From sequence record MH791411.1: 64,000 nt of DNA. One strand, written 5' to 3'. The stretch's first letter is position 1. Every line of letters starts with the position of its first letter. The position numbers and the translations under genes were made by a program. The DNA comes from Escherichia phage Ecwhy_1. Below, one piece after another: positions 20,784 to 32,000 of this stretch. Under the pieces are notes generated by a model, which saw only the letters and a list, made by a program, of their open reading frames with translations, did not search any database and was not told where the DNA came from.

Positions 20784-22925
20784 ATGGCAGTTTTTTCCAA
20801 TTTAGAAGGGACCATGATGCCAACATTCAAGTTGGGTAAACGTGGTGCTTCTATTAATTTTGTAAACGATTCTGTCGCAATCAAAGACTTTTTAGGCGAA
20901 ACGTTCCTACCTGTTAAGGTGGGAACTCCTAATGACGATGATTCCGCAGTAAACGTTAGGTATCTTGAAGATAACCCAAATGCTTTATTTGGCGTACTTC
21001 CACCAACAAATGACATTGGTAAAAATAACAACACTTATTTTCAAGTTGATTCTGAGGGTATTGTTGATATCTTTGCAAAAACAAATGATGTTTGGGTAAA
21101 ATCATTATACATTAATAAAAATGTCCTTTCCAGTGTTAACGGTGCTGATTATATCGGACTTATTACTGGAGGAACACTTCAACAGGCACAGTTTTACATA
21201 ACTCCAGAAGAGTTTGGTGCAAAAGGTGATGGCATCACTGATGACACGGCGGCGGTTAACGCATGTGCAGTTTATGCTAAAGAACACAAAATCCAAATTC
21301 AAGCTGGTGGTAATTATCGTATCAGAACTGCTGTTTATTTGAATGATATTCAATGGTTTGGTGGTACAATCACTGGTAACGGTGGCACAATGGTATCGGT
21401 ACTGAATAGTACAATCCAACAAGCAACATTAACAGGATGTTATTTAAAATTCTTTGGTGGTAATGGTAAATTTTATTTTAATAAATTTATTAATATTACA
21501 AGTACTGCTGCATTTCTAATGCAAGGTATGACTGAATCAGGTACTATCGACTTCTGCTTTAATGAAATGACACAATGTAAGTACGGTGTTCTTCAGCAAG
21601 GCACTGGTGAGAAAATGACCGTTGGGCGTTATTCATACAACCACATCCATGATATATATGGTGATGCAATTGAATTGAACGTAGTCAACTCACATTACCC
21701 AGACGGATTTGTAATAGAAGGTAACTTGATTGAAAACGTAGATGGTACAAATGCACCAATTCCTCTTTCAAACTGGGGTATTGGTATCGGTGTTGCAGGT
21801 TCTGGTCCTTATGATGTGAATGCTGATGATTCACAATATGTAAAAAAATTCGTTATAAAAAATAACCGCTTGTACAATGTCCGTCAATGTATTCACGTTG
21901 AGTTGGGTAAAGACTTTAAAATTCTCAATAATGAAGTTTATCCATCAACGTTGGTATCAATTGGTACTGGTTTGACAACCGCTGGTGTAATTACTTATGG
22001 TTCTGTTGATTTTATTATTGATGGCCTATCTGGGCATCTATTAAATGATCCATCAGTAACTAACCGTATGGTTTCTATTAACTGGGGCGTAACATCTGGT
22101 AAATTTGCTGGTCCTCCACGAAACTTTAAATTATGTAATCTCCACATTCCTGAGTCGTCTATTATTGTGTATACTTCAGGCTCTGATAATTGGCTAAATA
22201 CTACTGAACTTTCTAATATTACATGTAGTAGAATTCAATGGCGTGGATTGCCGTCATCTTCCAAGTTTAATAATATCAGTACTAAAGAACTTGATGTTAT
22301 TGGACAACACCTTGCAACTGAAGGTGAAGGAGGGGGCTTATATACTCGCTCTAAATATACATATACCAACTGGACTAATTGTGTTGTTCAAGATGATTGT
22401 AACATATCAAAATATAGTTTCTCAAGAATGTATGTTGACCGTATTGACCAATCATCTAATAACTTTAAAGTAACCACTGCAATTGATGGAACGGGTCATC
22501 GTGGACCTGTAGTAATACCTGTAGTTGAACAGTATTACGTGCCTTATGATGTTTTTCCTGGTGGGAGATATTTCCCAGCAGGAACAATTATCCATAAACA
22601 ATCAGGTGGAAAATTTATTGTTACAGTAGGTGGTTCTTTCTTTGGTCGATATGACACAATTAGACAAACAGTTGCAGGACAAACTTATATCGAAGCATTG
22701 GGTGTATCATGGGGTGATAATCAATATGCTAAAGCTGCTGGAACCGAAATCCTAATCACAGGAGCAGGGGAAAATGGCGAAGATTTAAAAACATATATCA
22801 CTAGAGCAGTTTATGTTGTTAATAATGCGTATCGTATCGATATTGCCGATCCGATTGTTACTGCTACCGCAGCAGGGGCATTATTGAAAGCTGCTCAACC
22901 AATAACATATATCACCCTATCTTAA
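20784..22925 (+). CDS. Tailspike/depolymerase with pectate-lyase-like beta-helix domain
   Basis: Motif FGAKGDGITDDTAAVNACAVYA typical of the pectate-lyase/polygalacturonase-fold superfamily used by phage capsule depolymerases; the N-terminal ~40 aa are shared with the next gene. Confidence 0.7.
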   Translation: MAVFSNLEGTMMPTFKLGKRGASINFVNDSVAIKDFLGETFLPVKVGTPNDDDSAVNVRYLEDNPNALFGVLPPTNDIGKNNNTYFQVDSEGIVDIFAKTNDVWVKSLYINKNVLSSVNGADYIGLITGGTLQQAQFYITPEEFGAKGDGITDDTAAVNACAVYAKEHKIQIQAGGNYRIRTAVYLNDIQWFGGTITGNGGTMVSVLNSTIQQATLTGCYLKFFGGNGKFYFNKFINITSTAAFLMQGMTESGTIDFCFNEMTQCKYGVLQQGTGEKMTVGRYSYNHIHDIYGDAIELNVVNSHYPDGFVIEGNLIENVDGTNAPIPLSNWGIGIGVAGSGPYDVNADDSQYVKKFVIKNNRLYNVRQCIHVELGKDFKILNNEVYPSTLVSIGTGLTTAGVITYGSVDFIIDGLSGHLLNDPSVTNRMVSINWGVTSGKFAGPPRNFKLCNLHIPESSIIVYTSGSDNWLNTTELSNITCSRIQWRGLPSSSKFNNISTKELDVIGQHLATEGEGGGLYTRSKYTYTNWTNCVVQDDCNISKYSFSRMYVDRIDQSSNNFKVTTAIDGTGHRGPVVIPVVEQYYVPYDVFPGGRYFPAGTIIHKQSGGKFIVTVGGSFFGRYDTIRQTVAGQTYIEALGVSWGDNQYAKAAGTEILITGAGENGEDLKTYITRAVYVVNNAYRIDIADPIVTATAAGALLKAAQPITYITLS

Positions 22926-22939
22926 AGGAGATTATAAAA

Positions 22940-23839
22940 ATGGCAGTTTTTTCTAATTTAGAAGGAACCATGAAGAAGACCTTCATACTTGGTAAAAATG
23001 GTGCACAAATTGCCACTAATGGTAATGTTGTTCAAATCCAGAACTACACGGGTACACAACTTCTTCCTGTTTCAGCAGGTGACCCAACCGCAAATACACA
23101 CTTGGTTACATTGGGTTATTTGAATACACATAGCGGTGGTGGTGGTGGTTCCGGTATTTTACGTGGAACTATTGCACCATCTGAATCAATCGGTGTAGAT
23201 GGTGACGCTTACTTCTTAGTTGACAGTACTAATATTATTCAGATCTATATTAAAGACCTTGGTGTTTGGAAGCCTCTCCAAAGCACAACTCCAGGTACTG
23301 ATAGTTCTTACGTTACTACTGAAATCGTTCCTGTATCGGCATTTACATTAGTTCCTGGAACAACAGATCAATATACTTATTCTTTGCCTGAATCAGTACA
23401 TGGTCGTGGTCCAGATATTATGGTTCAGCTACAGGGTGATCCTGGTAACATCCCACTTGACACTGTATTCCAAACTAACGTCACTGTGAGTGGTATTGGT
23501 GACATTACGATTGATGTTATTGGTCAAATCACTGAATACACAAGTGTCAAAGTCAACATCATAGGAGCAACAACAATGACAGTACCTTATAGTAAATTAA
23601 TTAATATAGCAGATTGGGTAGCATCTGGTGATGATTACACCATTACTGTTCCAGCGTCAGAACATAACCAAACACCTGACAATTTGTATATTTCTATATA
23701 TTCAAATAAAACACCAGGCAGTACAGCAGCATCACCATTTGAACTGGTAATAACCGAAACTCAAATTGATGCAAGTGGTAATGTTACATTCACTTCTGAC
23801 GAAGCGTTTAGTGGTAAAATAGTAATTTCCGGTAAATAA
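22940..23839 (+). CDS. Receptor-binding (tail fibre/spike) protein sharing an N-terminal adaptor with the depolymerase
   Basis: N-terminus MAVFSNLEGTMKKTFILGKNGAQ nearly matches the 713-aa protein's MAVFSNLEGTMMPTFKLGKRGAS; strong RBS AAGGAG. Confidence 0.6.
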   Translation: MAVFSNLEGTMKKTFILGKNGAQIATNGNVVQIQNYTGTQLLPVSAGDPTANTHLVTLGYLNTHSGGGGGSGILRGTIAPSESIGVDGDAYFLVDSTNIIQIYIKDLGVWKPLQSTTPGTDSSYVTTEIVPVSAFTLVPGTTDQYTYSLPESVHGRGPDIMVQLQGDPGNIPLDTVFQTNVTVSGIGDITIDVIGQITEYTSVKVNIIGATTMTVPYSKLINIADWVASGDDYTITVPASEHNQTPDNLYISIYSNKTPGSTAASPFELVITETQIDASGNVTFTSDEAFSGKIVISGK

Positions 23840-23848
23840 AAAAAATAG

Positions 23849-23886
23849 TCCAGACTATGATTCATCTAGTCTGGATTTTTTATATC
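23849..23886 (+). terminator. Rho-independent terminator
   Basis: TCCAGACT-loop-AGTCTGGA hairpin (8-bp stem) followed by TTTTTT, after the stop at 23839. Confidence 0.6.
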
Positions 23887-23957
23887 AATAACTAAATATA
23901 TGTATATTAACAAGGTCAAATGTATTTTATGCTTTTTGCCTATTTGGAGGGAACTAA

Positions 23958-26900
23958 ATGTACTCGATTAAAACAGATCTCGATATAACTGGTGGTGCAA
24001 CGGTTGCTAAAGATCTTCTTGTGAAAGGCGATGCAGTATTCAATAAAAATCTAACAGTTAATGGAACTGTAACTTTTGCTGACGCTGTATTCACTGCAAT
24101 TGAAGCAGAAACTGTAGACATTTCATCTACACTAGATGTTGCTGGTAAAGCATCATTGAATGGTGGAATTGAAGTTCATGGTAATTCCGTAATTGGTAAT
24201 TTGCCTGTTGGTTCTGATACTGCAACGATTAATTCTAATGCACAATTCCAAAGCCCAGTATCAATGGCAGGTAATCTAACACAAACCGCTGGCACTGCTG
24301 TACTAAAAGATACCCAAGTGGCATCAATGGATGTTCTTGGGACTTCTTCATTTAAAGGTAATATTACTGCTGAAACTGGCACTACCGCAGCATTTGACAA
24401 AATAACTGCAACTGATGCAACATTCACAAACACTGCAACTACTGATATCACATCAACTGGAACTGCAAACTTTAAAGATGTGAATATTTCCGGTACACTA
24501 GGTGGAACATTTAGTCTATCTGATGTTAATGCAACAACTCTAACTGTTTCTGGTTTAACCAGTCTACAAGGTGGTGTTACATTAGGTTCCAACATTACTG
24601 GTGTGAATAGTAGTGCAAACTTCCGTGATATTAAAATTGGTTCCAATGCTGCAAACACTAACTACCGTTTGAGCTTTAACTATTCTGCTCCAAGTCTTCG
24701 TCCAACTGTAATTCTACAGAACGAAATCCAATCAGAATTGATGTCTCCAGCTACCCTAAGTGTATTGAAAACTGCATCTTTTGGTGATTCGTCACTATCC
24801 ACTTTTGGTATTACTGGTAATGGTCTAAACAAACTAGATTACCTAACAGTATCTGGTAACTCTGTTCAAGATCCAACAACTCCACTATTACAAGTAACTT
24901 CAGGTAAAACTAAAGTTCATGATTTCGAAGTAACAGGAACTGCAACTATTCCTAACATTGAAAGTACTGGTACTGCTAATTTTAATAACATCAACGTATC
25001 TGGTACACTCGGTGGTACTTTCAGTCTTGATGATATTGAAGCAAACACACTAACTGTATCCGGTTTAACTAGCCTTGTTGGTGGTGTAACTTTAGGTGCT
25101 GATATTTCCGGTGCTAATAGTACTGCTAATTTTAAAGCAGTAAGTTTAGGACAAAACGCCGCCGATGCTAACGTTAAGTATGGTTTTGCTTATTCTGCCC
25201 CTGGTGCTCGCCCAACTGTAATTCTACAAAATGAAATTCAGTCTGAGCTAGTATCTCCAGCAGTACTTAATGTACAAAAAACTGCAACCTTTGGTGATGC
25301 ATCTCTTGCAACCTATGGTATCACAGGTAACGGTCTAAACAAACTAGATTATCTATCTATTACTGGTAATGGTACACAAAGTCCAGCTACCCCACAACTA
25401 CAAGTTGCTGGTAAATCAGTACTAAATGATGTTGAATTCACTGGTACTGTAACTGGTCTAACTGTTGATGTGAGTGGACAAGATCTAACTCCTAAATCAG
25501 TAGATGCTGCTGAAGCAATCAAAGGTCAAACCCTTGAATCAGTTGGTCAAACCACAGTAGGAACTAACCTACAAGTTGGTGGAACTGCTAATGTTGTTGG
25601 TGCACTAACTGGTACTGCTGCTACCTTCACTGGTGATGTAAGTGCTGCTAAAGGTACTTTCAGTGGTGATGTTAGCGTTACTGGTCAAACTGTAACTGTA
25701 CGTGATTTAGTAGTAACTGGTACAACTACTGGTGTAACTGCCCAAGCTGATGTTGATGGTCTTGATATCGCCCCAAATAAAGTTGATGTTACAACAACAC
25801 TATCTGTTGCTGGGGACACTACTTTAGCTGGCCTAACTGCTAGTTCAGTAACCAGTACTGGTGATGTTACTGGTGCGTCTGTATCTGGTAATACAGTAAC
25901 TGCGGCTGGGGCACTATCTGGTGGTTCTCTTGCAGTAACTGGTGCTGGTTCTATGGCTTCACTAACTGTTCCAAGTATTACTGGTGACACTACTTTTGCT
26001 AATAACGTAACTATTACTGGAACACTAACTCCGAGTAGTATAGATTTAAGCACTACTGATGTAAGTGCTGCTTCTTTAACAACTACTGGTAACGTAACTG
26101 TTGGTGGTTCTCTTGCAGTAACTGGTGCTATTGATTTGTCTGCTGCTGATGTAGTAACAAAATCAGTTAGTGCAACTAACCCAAGTACATTTGGTGTAAT
26201 TAATGCATCTTCTGTTGCCGCAACTGGTGACGTTTCAGGTGGCACACTAACTACTACTGGTGCAGCGAAAGTAGGAACACTAACTAGTACTGGTGTAGTA
26301 TCTGGTTCGCGTTTGTCTTCTGGTACTGCAACAATCACAACTTCTGTAACAGTTCCAACTTTACAAGCTGAAGCTGCTGGTGCTGGTACACTAAATCTAG
26401 CAAGTAATGTTGTCGCGGCAAAAGATCTAACTGTCACTGGTGTATTCAAACCTGAAGGTGGTCTTGATCTAACAACTGTTGATATTACTGCAAACTCACT
26501 AACTACTACTGCTGATGTTAATGTTGGTGGAAACTTAGTAGTTGATGGTACTTTTGACCTAAGTGCTGCTGATGTGTCTGTGAAATCTCTTGCAAGTGCA
26601 GAGACAATTACAAGTGCTGGTGTTATTACCGTTACCGATTCAACCAATACTAGTTCGTTACCTAAAATTACTTCAACTGATGCAACACTCTTTACAGTAA
26701 ATGCAGGTACTATTAATGCAACTGGTAACAGTGTACTACAAAGTGTATCAGCTACTCAAGTAACTGCTAATAGTGCTGAATTTTCTGGTGGTGGCCTTGG
26801 TCTTCAAGTTGATAATGATGCAAACGTTGGTGGTGCATTATCTGTTGGTGGCATTGCAACTGTTGGTTCTTTAACAACAACTGCTGCTTCTCTTAATATT

Positions 26901-28892
26901 GCAAAAAATACTGCAATCACTGGTGATTTAGCTGTATCTGGCACACTAACTGCTGGTTCAATCGACCTAAGCAATACTGATGTAACCGTTAAATCTCTTG
27001 ATTCACTAGGTAACGCACACATTGCTGGTAACCTAACTGTAGATGGTGCATTCGACTTAAGTGCAACTAACCTTGTAGCTGCAAGTCTAGCAAGTACTGG
27101 TTCTACTACTGTTGGAACTGATCTAGTACTAACAACTGGTGTTGTGACTGGTAGCCCAGCTATCTCTGGTAATACAACAATCGGTGGAACTCTTGGTGTA
27201 ACTGGTGCTGTTAACCTAACTGATATTGTTAATATCGGTAAGAAAGTAACAGTGAGTACTGGTGGTATTCAGGTAGTTGATGGTGGTATCAATACTAACA
27301 CAATTAACGTTTCTGGTGCTTCTACTCTAGCAGGAACTTCCATTACTGGAACTTTAGGTGTAACTGGTGCTTCTACTCTAGCAGGTGTATCTGCGACATC
27401 ACTAACAGTTTCTGGTGACAGTACTGTTCAGAAACTAACTGTCCAAGGTGAATTGATCCCACAAGGTGGTCTTGACCTAAGCGGTGCAGACATTACTGCT
27501 AATAGTCTAACTACTGCGACAACTATCAATGCAACTGGCCTAAGTACTCTAAGTGGTGGTGTTAGTACTTCTACTGTGACTGCATCTGGTCTAGCAACTG
27601 TTGGAAGTTTAACTTCTACTGCAAACGCATCAGTTGGTGGTAATTTGGGTGTAACTGGAACTCTAGGTGTTACTGGTGCAACTACTGTATCTTCACTAAC
27701 AGCTACTGGTGCAGTGAAAACTGGTACAACCCTAACTGTTGGTACTCCAGTTGGTGAACAACCTGAAACTGTACAGATCATTCCAGATACTTATATTGCT
27801 GGTAAATTGCGTGTAATCGGTGGTATTAACGCTGAAATCGACGTAAGTGGTCAAACACTAGAACCATATGCAATTGAAGCTGCTGCAACACTATCTGCTG
27901 TTGGTAACATTACTTCTGGTGCAACCATCGTTTCTAAAGCTGCAACAATTGGTGATGTTGGTTCACAAAACAACAACCTAACTGTTAATGGTAACGTAGT
28001 AACTAATGGTGACTTCACCGTTACTGGTGTACTAAATGCACAATTGAACCAAGCAGATTCCGATGTAGCTGTTAAGTCTTTGACTGCAACTAATAACGTT
28101 GCGGCTGGTACTTCAATCACTGCTGGAACATCCATCACTGCATCAGGCTTACTAAAAGGTAATTCGTTAGAAGTCACCACTACTGGTTCATTTGGTGGTG
28201 CAGTAACTATGTCAAGTGGTGCAAACATCACTGGTACTGTTGGTATCACTGCTGGTGACCTAACAGTAGGTGGTAATATCTCTGCAACTGGTACTGCTGG
28301 ATTCGGTGCAACAACCGTTTCTACCATTACAACATCAGGTTTAGCTACCCTTGCAAGTGCATCTGTAACTGGTGCTCTAACTGTAGGTGGTACATTAACT
28401 GCAAATGGTAACACTGTGATTGGTGATGCTGCTGCTGATACTTTAACTGTAAATGCAACATCTACATTTAAAGAGAACGCAACATTTGATAAGAACCTAA
28501 CAGTGACTGGTTCTATTAACACCACCACTGCAAACTTCACTACAAACAACATGGTAACTAAGAAATATTCTGTTATCCCTGCTAGTGTTACTGCTTCTAC
28601 TGCTGCTGTAGGTGGCACTTGGACACCAGATGGTACTACTAACGTATATCGCTTAACTCTTGACCAAAGTGTTACAATGGATTCCATCGCGGGTCTAATT
28701 GGTAGTGGTCAAGCATGTTCAGTGTATATCTATGTAACTCCATCTGTTGCTGATACTACTTTCACCTTCGGTGGTGCATACTCTGTAGTTTCTGGTACAG
28801 TAAGTGCTGTAGTTGGTCAAACAAGTATTATCCAAGTAATCTATGATGGTTTCAGTACTGTGTTTGATACCTTCGTTGCACAACGTGTATAA
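23958..28892 (+). CDS. Large repeat-rich fibrous protein (1,644 aa), paralog 1
   Basis: Thr/Gly/Val/Ser-rich with repeated modules (e.g. TxGxIDLSxxDV...KSL). N- and C-termini are conserved with the 1,899-aa paralog; RBS GGAGGG. Confidence 0.7.
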   Translation: MYSIKTDLDITGGATVAKDLLVKGDAVFNKNLTVNGTVTFADAVFTAIEAETVDISSTLDVAGKASLNGGIEVHGNSVIGNLPVGSDTATINSNAQFQSPVSMAGNLTQTAGTAVLKDTQVASMDVLGTSSFKGNITAETGTTAAFDKITATDATFTNTATTDITSTGTANFKDVNISGTLGGTFSLSDVNATTLTVSGLTSLQGGVTLGSNITGVNSSANFRDIKIGSNAANTNYRLSFNYSAPSLRPTVILQNEIQSELMSPATLSVLKTASFGDSSLSTFGITGNGLNKLDYLTVSGNSVQDPTTPLLQVTSGKTKVHDFEVTGTATIPNIESTGTANFNNINVSGTLGGTFSLDDIEANTLTVSGLTSLVGGVTLGADISGANSTANFKAVSLGQNAADANVKYGFAYSAPGARPTVILQNEIQSELVSPAVLNVQKTATFGDASLATYGITGNGLNKLDYLSITGNGTQSPATPQLQVAGKSVLNDVEFTGTVTGLTVDVSGQDLTPKSVDAAEAIKGQTLESVGQTTVGTNLQVGGTANVVGALTGTAATFTGDVSAAKGTFSGDVSVTGQTVTVRDLVVTGTTTGVTAQADVDGLDIAPNKVDVTTTLSVAGDTTLAGLTASSVTSTGDVTGASVSGNTVTAAGALSGGSLAVTGAGSMASLTVPSITGDTTFANNVTITGTLTPSSIDLSTTDVSAASLTTTGNVTVGGSLAVTGAIDLSAADVVTKSVSATNPSTFGVINASSVAATGDVSGGTLTTTGAAKVGTLTSTGVVSGSRLSSGTATITTSVTVPTLQAEAAGAGTLNLASNVVAAKDLTVTGVFKPEGGLDLTTVDITANSLTTTADVNVGGNLVVDGTFDLSAADVSVKSLASAETITSAGVITVTDSTNTSSLPKITSTDATLFTVNAGTINATGNSVLQSVSATQVTANSAEFSGGGLGLQVDNDANVGGALSVGGIATVGSLTTTAASLNIAKNTAITGDLAVSGTLTAGSIDLSNTDVTVKSLDSLGNAHIAGNLTVDGAFDLSATNLVAASLASTGSTTVGTDLVLTTGVVTGSPAISGNTTIGGTLGVTGAVNLTDIVNIGKKVTVSTGGIQVVDGGINTNTINVSGASTLAGTSITGTLGVTGASTLAGVSATSLTVSGDSTVQKLTVQGELIPQGGLDLSGADITANSLTTATTINATGLSTLSGGVSTSTVTASGLATVGSLTSTANASVGGNLGVTGTLGVTGATTVSSLTATGAVKTGTTLTVGTPVGEQPETVQIIPDTYIAGKLRVIGGINAEIDVSGQTLEPYAIEAAATLSAVGNITSGATIVSKAATIGDVGSQNNNLTVNGNVVTNGDFTVTGVLNAQLNQADSDVAVKSLTATNNVAAGTSITAGTSITASGLLKGNSLEVTTTGSFGGAVTMSSGANITGTVGITAGDLTVGGNISATGTAGFGATTVSTITTSGLATLASASVTGALTVGGTLTANGNTVIGDAAADTLTVNATSTFKENATFDKNLTVTGSINTTTANFTTNNMVTKKYSVIPASVTASTAAVGGTWTPDGTTNVYRLTLDQSVTMDSIAGLIGSGQACSVYIYVTPSVADTTFTFGGAYSVVSGTVSAVVGQTSIIQVIYDGFSTVFDTFVAQRV

Positions 28893-28910
28893 CATTTTAA
28901 ATTAATAATT

Positions 28911-28940
28911 AAAGCCAACTTTTTTAGTTGGCTTTTTCTT
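28911..28940 (+). terminator. Rho-independent terminator
   Basis: AAAGCCAACT-TTTT-TAGTTGGCTTTTTCTTTT after the stop at 28892. Confidence 0.65.
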
Positions 28941-29041
28941 TTGTATTAGATAATAGTGTTTTTGTGAATTAAACTAAATATAAGTATATTAACAAAAGAT
29001 GGGTTATGAATATATAGTTCATCGTTATAGGAGGGGACTCT

Positions 29042-32000
29042 ATGTACTCGATTAAAACGGATCTTGATGTATCTGGTAATTCCACGGTAGGTAAGGATCT
29101 TTTGGTCAAAGGTAATGCAGTATTCAGTAATGACCTAACGGTTAATGGGGAAGTGTCTTTTGCTAACGCAGTATTCACTGCAATTACCGCTGGTTCTGTG
29201 AATGTCACAGGTGCATTGGATGTTGCTGGTAAGGCAACCTTATCCGGTGGTGCTGATGTTTCAGGTGCTGCGACATTTGCAGGAAACATTACTGCTGCTG
29301 GCGGCACAACTGCAAAATTTGATAACTTAGAAGCTAATTCAGGATCATTTGATTCTGTTGAATCAACTGATATTACTTCAACTGGCACAGCAACTTTTAA
29401 AGATGTAAACATTTCTGGTACACTTGGTGGTACTTTTAATCTTTCTGATATTAATGCTACAACACTTAATGTGTCTGGTGCTTCAGCACTAACTGGTTCA
29501 GTCACATTGGGTGCAAATATCACTGGTCTTGCAAGTACTGCAAACTTCCGTGATATTCGTATCGGGCCTAATGAAGCAGGTCAAGCATATAGACTAAACT
29601 TTGGTTACACCGTTCCAGGACAACGACCAACCGTTCTTCTACAGAACGAAGTTCAATCCGAACTAATGTCACCAGCTAAGTTGAATGTTCTACAAACTGC
29701 AACATTTGGTGATTCTTCACTTTCAACTTACGGTATTACAGGTAATGGTTTAAACAAATTAGATTATGTAACTATTTCTGGTAACGCAATTCAATCACCA
29801 ACCACTCCTTTACTTGAAGTAACTAAAGGTAAAACTAAAGTTGTTGATTTAGAAGTAACTGGTGTAGCAACTATTCCTAATATCGAAAGTTCTGGTACTG
29901 CAAACTTTAACAACATCAACGTATCTGGTACTATTGGTGGTAGTTTTGATTTAGATGATATCCAAGCAACAACATTATCAGTATCCGGTGCTTCAGCACT
30001 AACTGGTGCAGTTACATTGGGTGCAAACATCACTGGTCTAGCAAGTACTGCAACATTCAAAGCAATCAATTTGGGTCAAAATACCGCTGATGCTAACGTT
30101 AAGCTAGGTTTTGCATATACTGCACCTAGTGCACGTCCAACAGTCTTGTTAGCAAACGAAGTTCAATCTGAACTAATGTCTCCTGCTAAGTTGAACGTTC
30201 TACAAACTGCAACCTTCGGTTCTGCTGCACTATCTACCTATGGTATTACTGGTAATGGTCTAAACAAATTAGATTATCTAACAATTACTGGTAACGCAAC
30301 ACAAAACCCTGCTACTCCACAACTTCAAGTTGGTGGTAAAGCAATTCTTAATGATGTTGAATTTACAGGTACTGTAACTGGCCTAACTGTTGATGTGAGT
30401 GGACAAGATCTAACTCCTAAATCAGTAGTTGCTGCTGAAGCAATCAAAGGTCAAACTCTTGAATCAGTTGGTCAAACAACTGTAGGTTCATCTCTACAAG
30501 TTGGCGGTACTGCAACTGTTACTGGTGCATTATCTGCTGCCTCTGGTACTTTCAGTGGTGATGTTAGTGGTTCTAAAGGTATCTTCAGTGGTAGCGTATC
30601 CGGTACAAGTGCAACCTTTACTGGGGATGTTAGCGGTGATAACGCAACCTTTAGTGGCGATTTATCTGCTGTAGCTGGCACTTTCAGTGGTGATGTAACC
30701 GTAACTGGTCAAACAATCACTGTTAAAGACTTGGTAGTAACTGGAACTTCAACTGGTGTAACTGCAATCGCTGACGTTGACGGTCTTGATATTGCTCCAA
30801 ACAAAGTTGATGTTACAACAACTCTATCTGTTGCTGGTGAATCAACTCTTGCTGGTATTACAGCAACTTCAATCAATAGTACTGGTGCAATTGCAGGTAC
30901 TGCAATTTCTGGCTCTACTATTACAGCAACTGGTGAAATTTCTGGTGCATCATCTGTAGTAACTGGTCTTTCTAAATCTGGTAGCGTTGAAACTGGTGCT
31001 CTAAAGGCATCTTCTGTTGAAACTGCAATCATTAGCAACACTGCTGGTGTGTCAATAACAAACAACACTTCCATTGCAGGTAATCTATCTGTGACTGGAA
31101 CTGTTACCCCTGGTGCAATTGACCTAAGCACTACTGATATTGATGCTAAGTCCCTAACTACAACTGAAGGTGCTAACATTGGTGGTAACCTAGTTGTTGC
31201 AGGTACAGTTGATCTAAGTGCTGCTGACGTTGCTGTTAAATCTCTAACCAGTACTGGTGCAGTTATTAGTTCTGAAGGTACTGTAAGTAGTGTTCTACCT
31301 AAACTTTCCAGTACTGAAGCTAATATTACCACAGTAACTGCAACCACTGCAAATGCTACCACACTAAATGTAACTGGTACATCAACTCTAGCTGGTGTTA
31401 ACGCTTCTGGTGCTATTACTTCTGCAACTAACATTACCGCTACTGGTGTATTAAAAGGTGCATCTGTTGAAACTGCGTCAATCAGCAATGCTGATGGTGT
31501 AGCAATTAACAATAACACTACAATCACTGGTAATTTGGACGTATCTGGGACATTGACCCCTGGTGCAATTGACCTAAGCACTACTGATATTAGTTCTAAG
31601 TCTCTAACCACAACTGAAGGTGCTACAATTGGTGGCGATCTTGTGGTAGCAGGTACTGTTGACCTAAGTGCTGCTGATGTGTCTGTGAAATCTCTTGCAA
31701 GTGCAGAGACAATTACAAGTGCTGGTGTTATTACAGTTTCGGATACAGTGAATTCTAGCACTCTACCAAAACTAATTACTACTGATGCAACTATTGGTGC
31801 TGTCCATGCAGCTACTATTGAAACAACTGGTTCAAGTACACTAAAACAAGTATCTGCTACTGAAGTAACAGCTACAAGTATTGTACTAAATTCAGTTGGT
31901 GAAGGTTTACGTGTTGACAATAATGCAAACATTAATGGTATATTAAGTGTTAATAATATTACTTCTACCAATGATACTATTGCAATTGCGAAAAGTGCTG

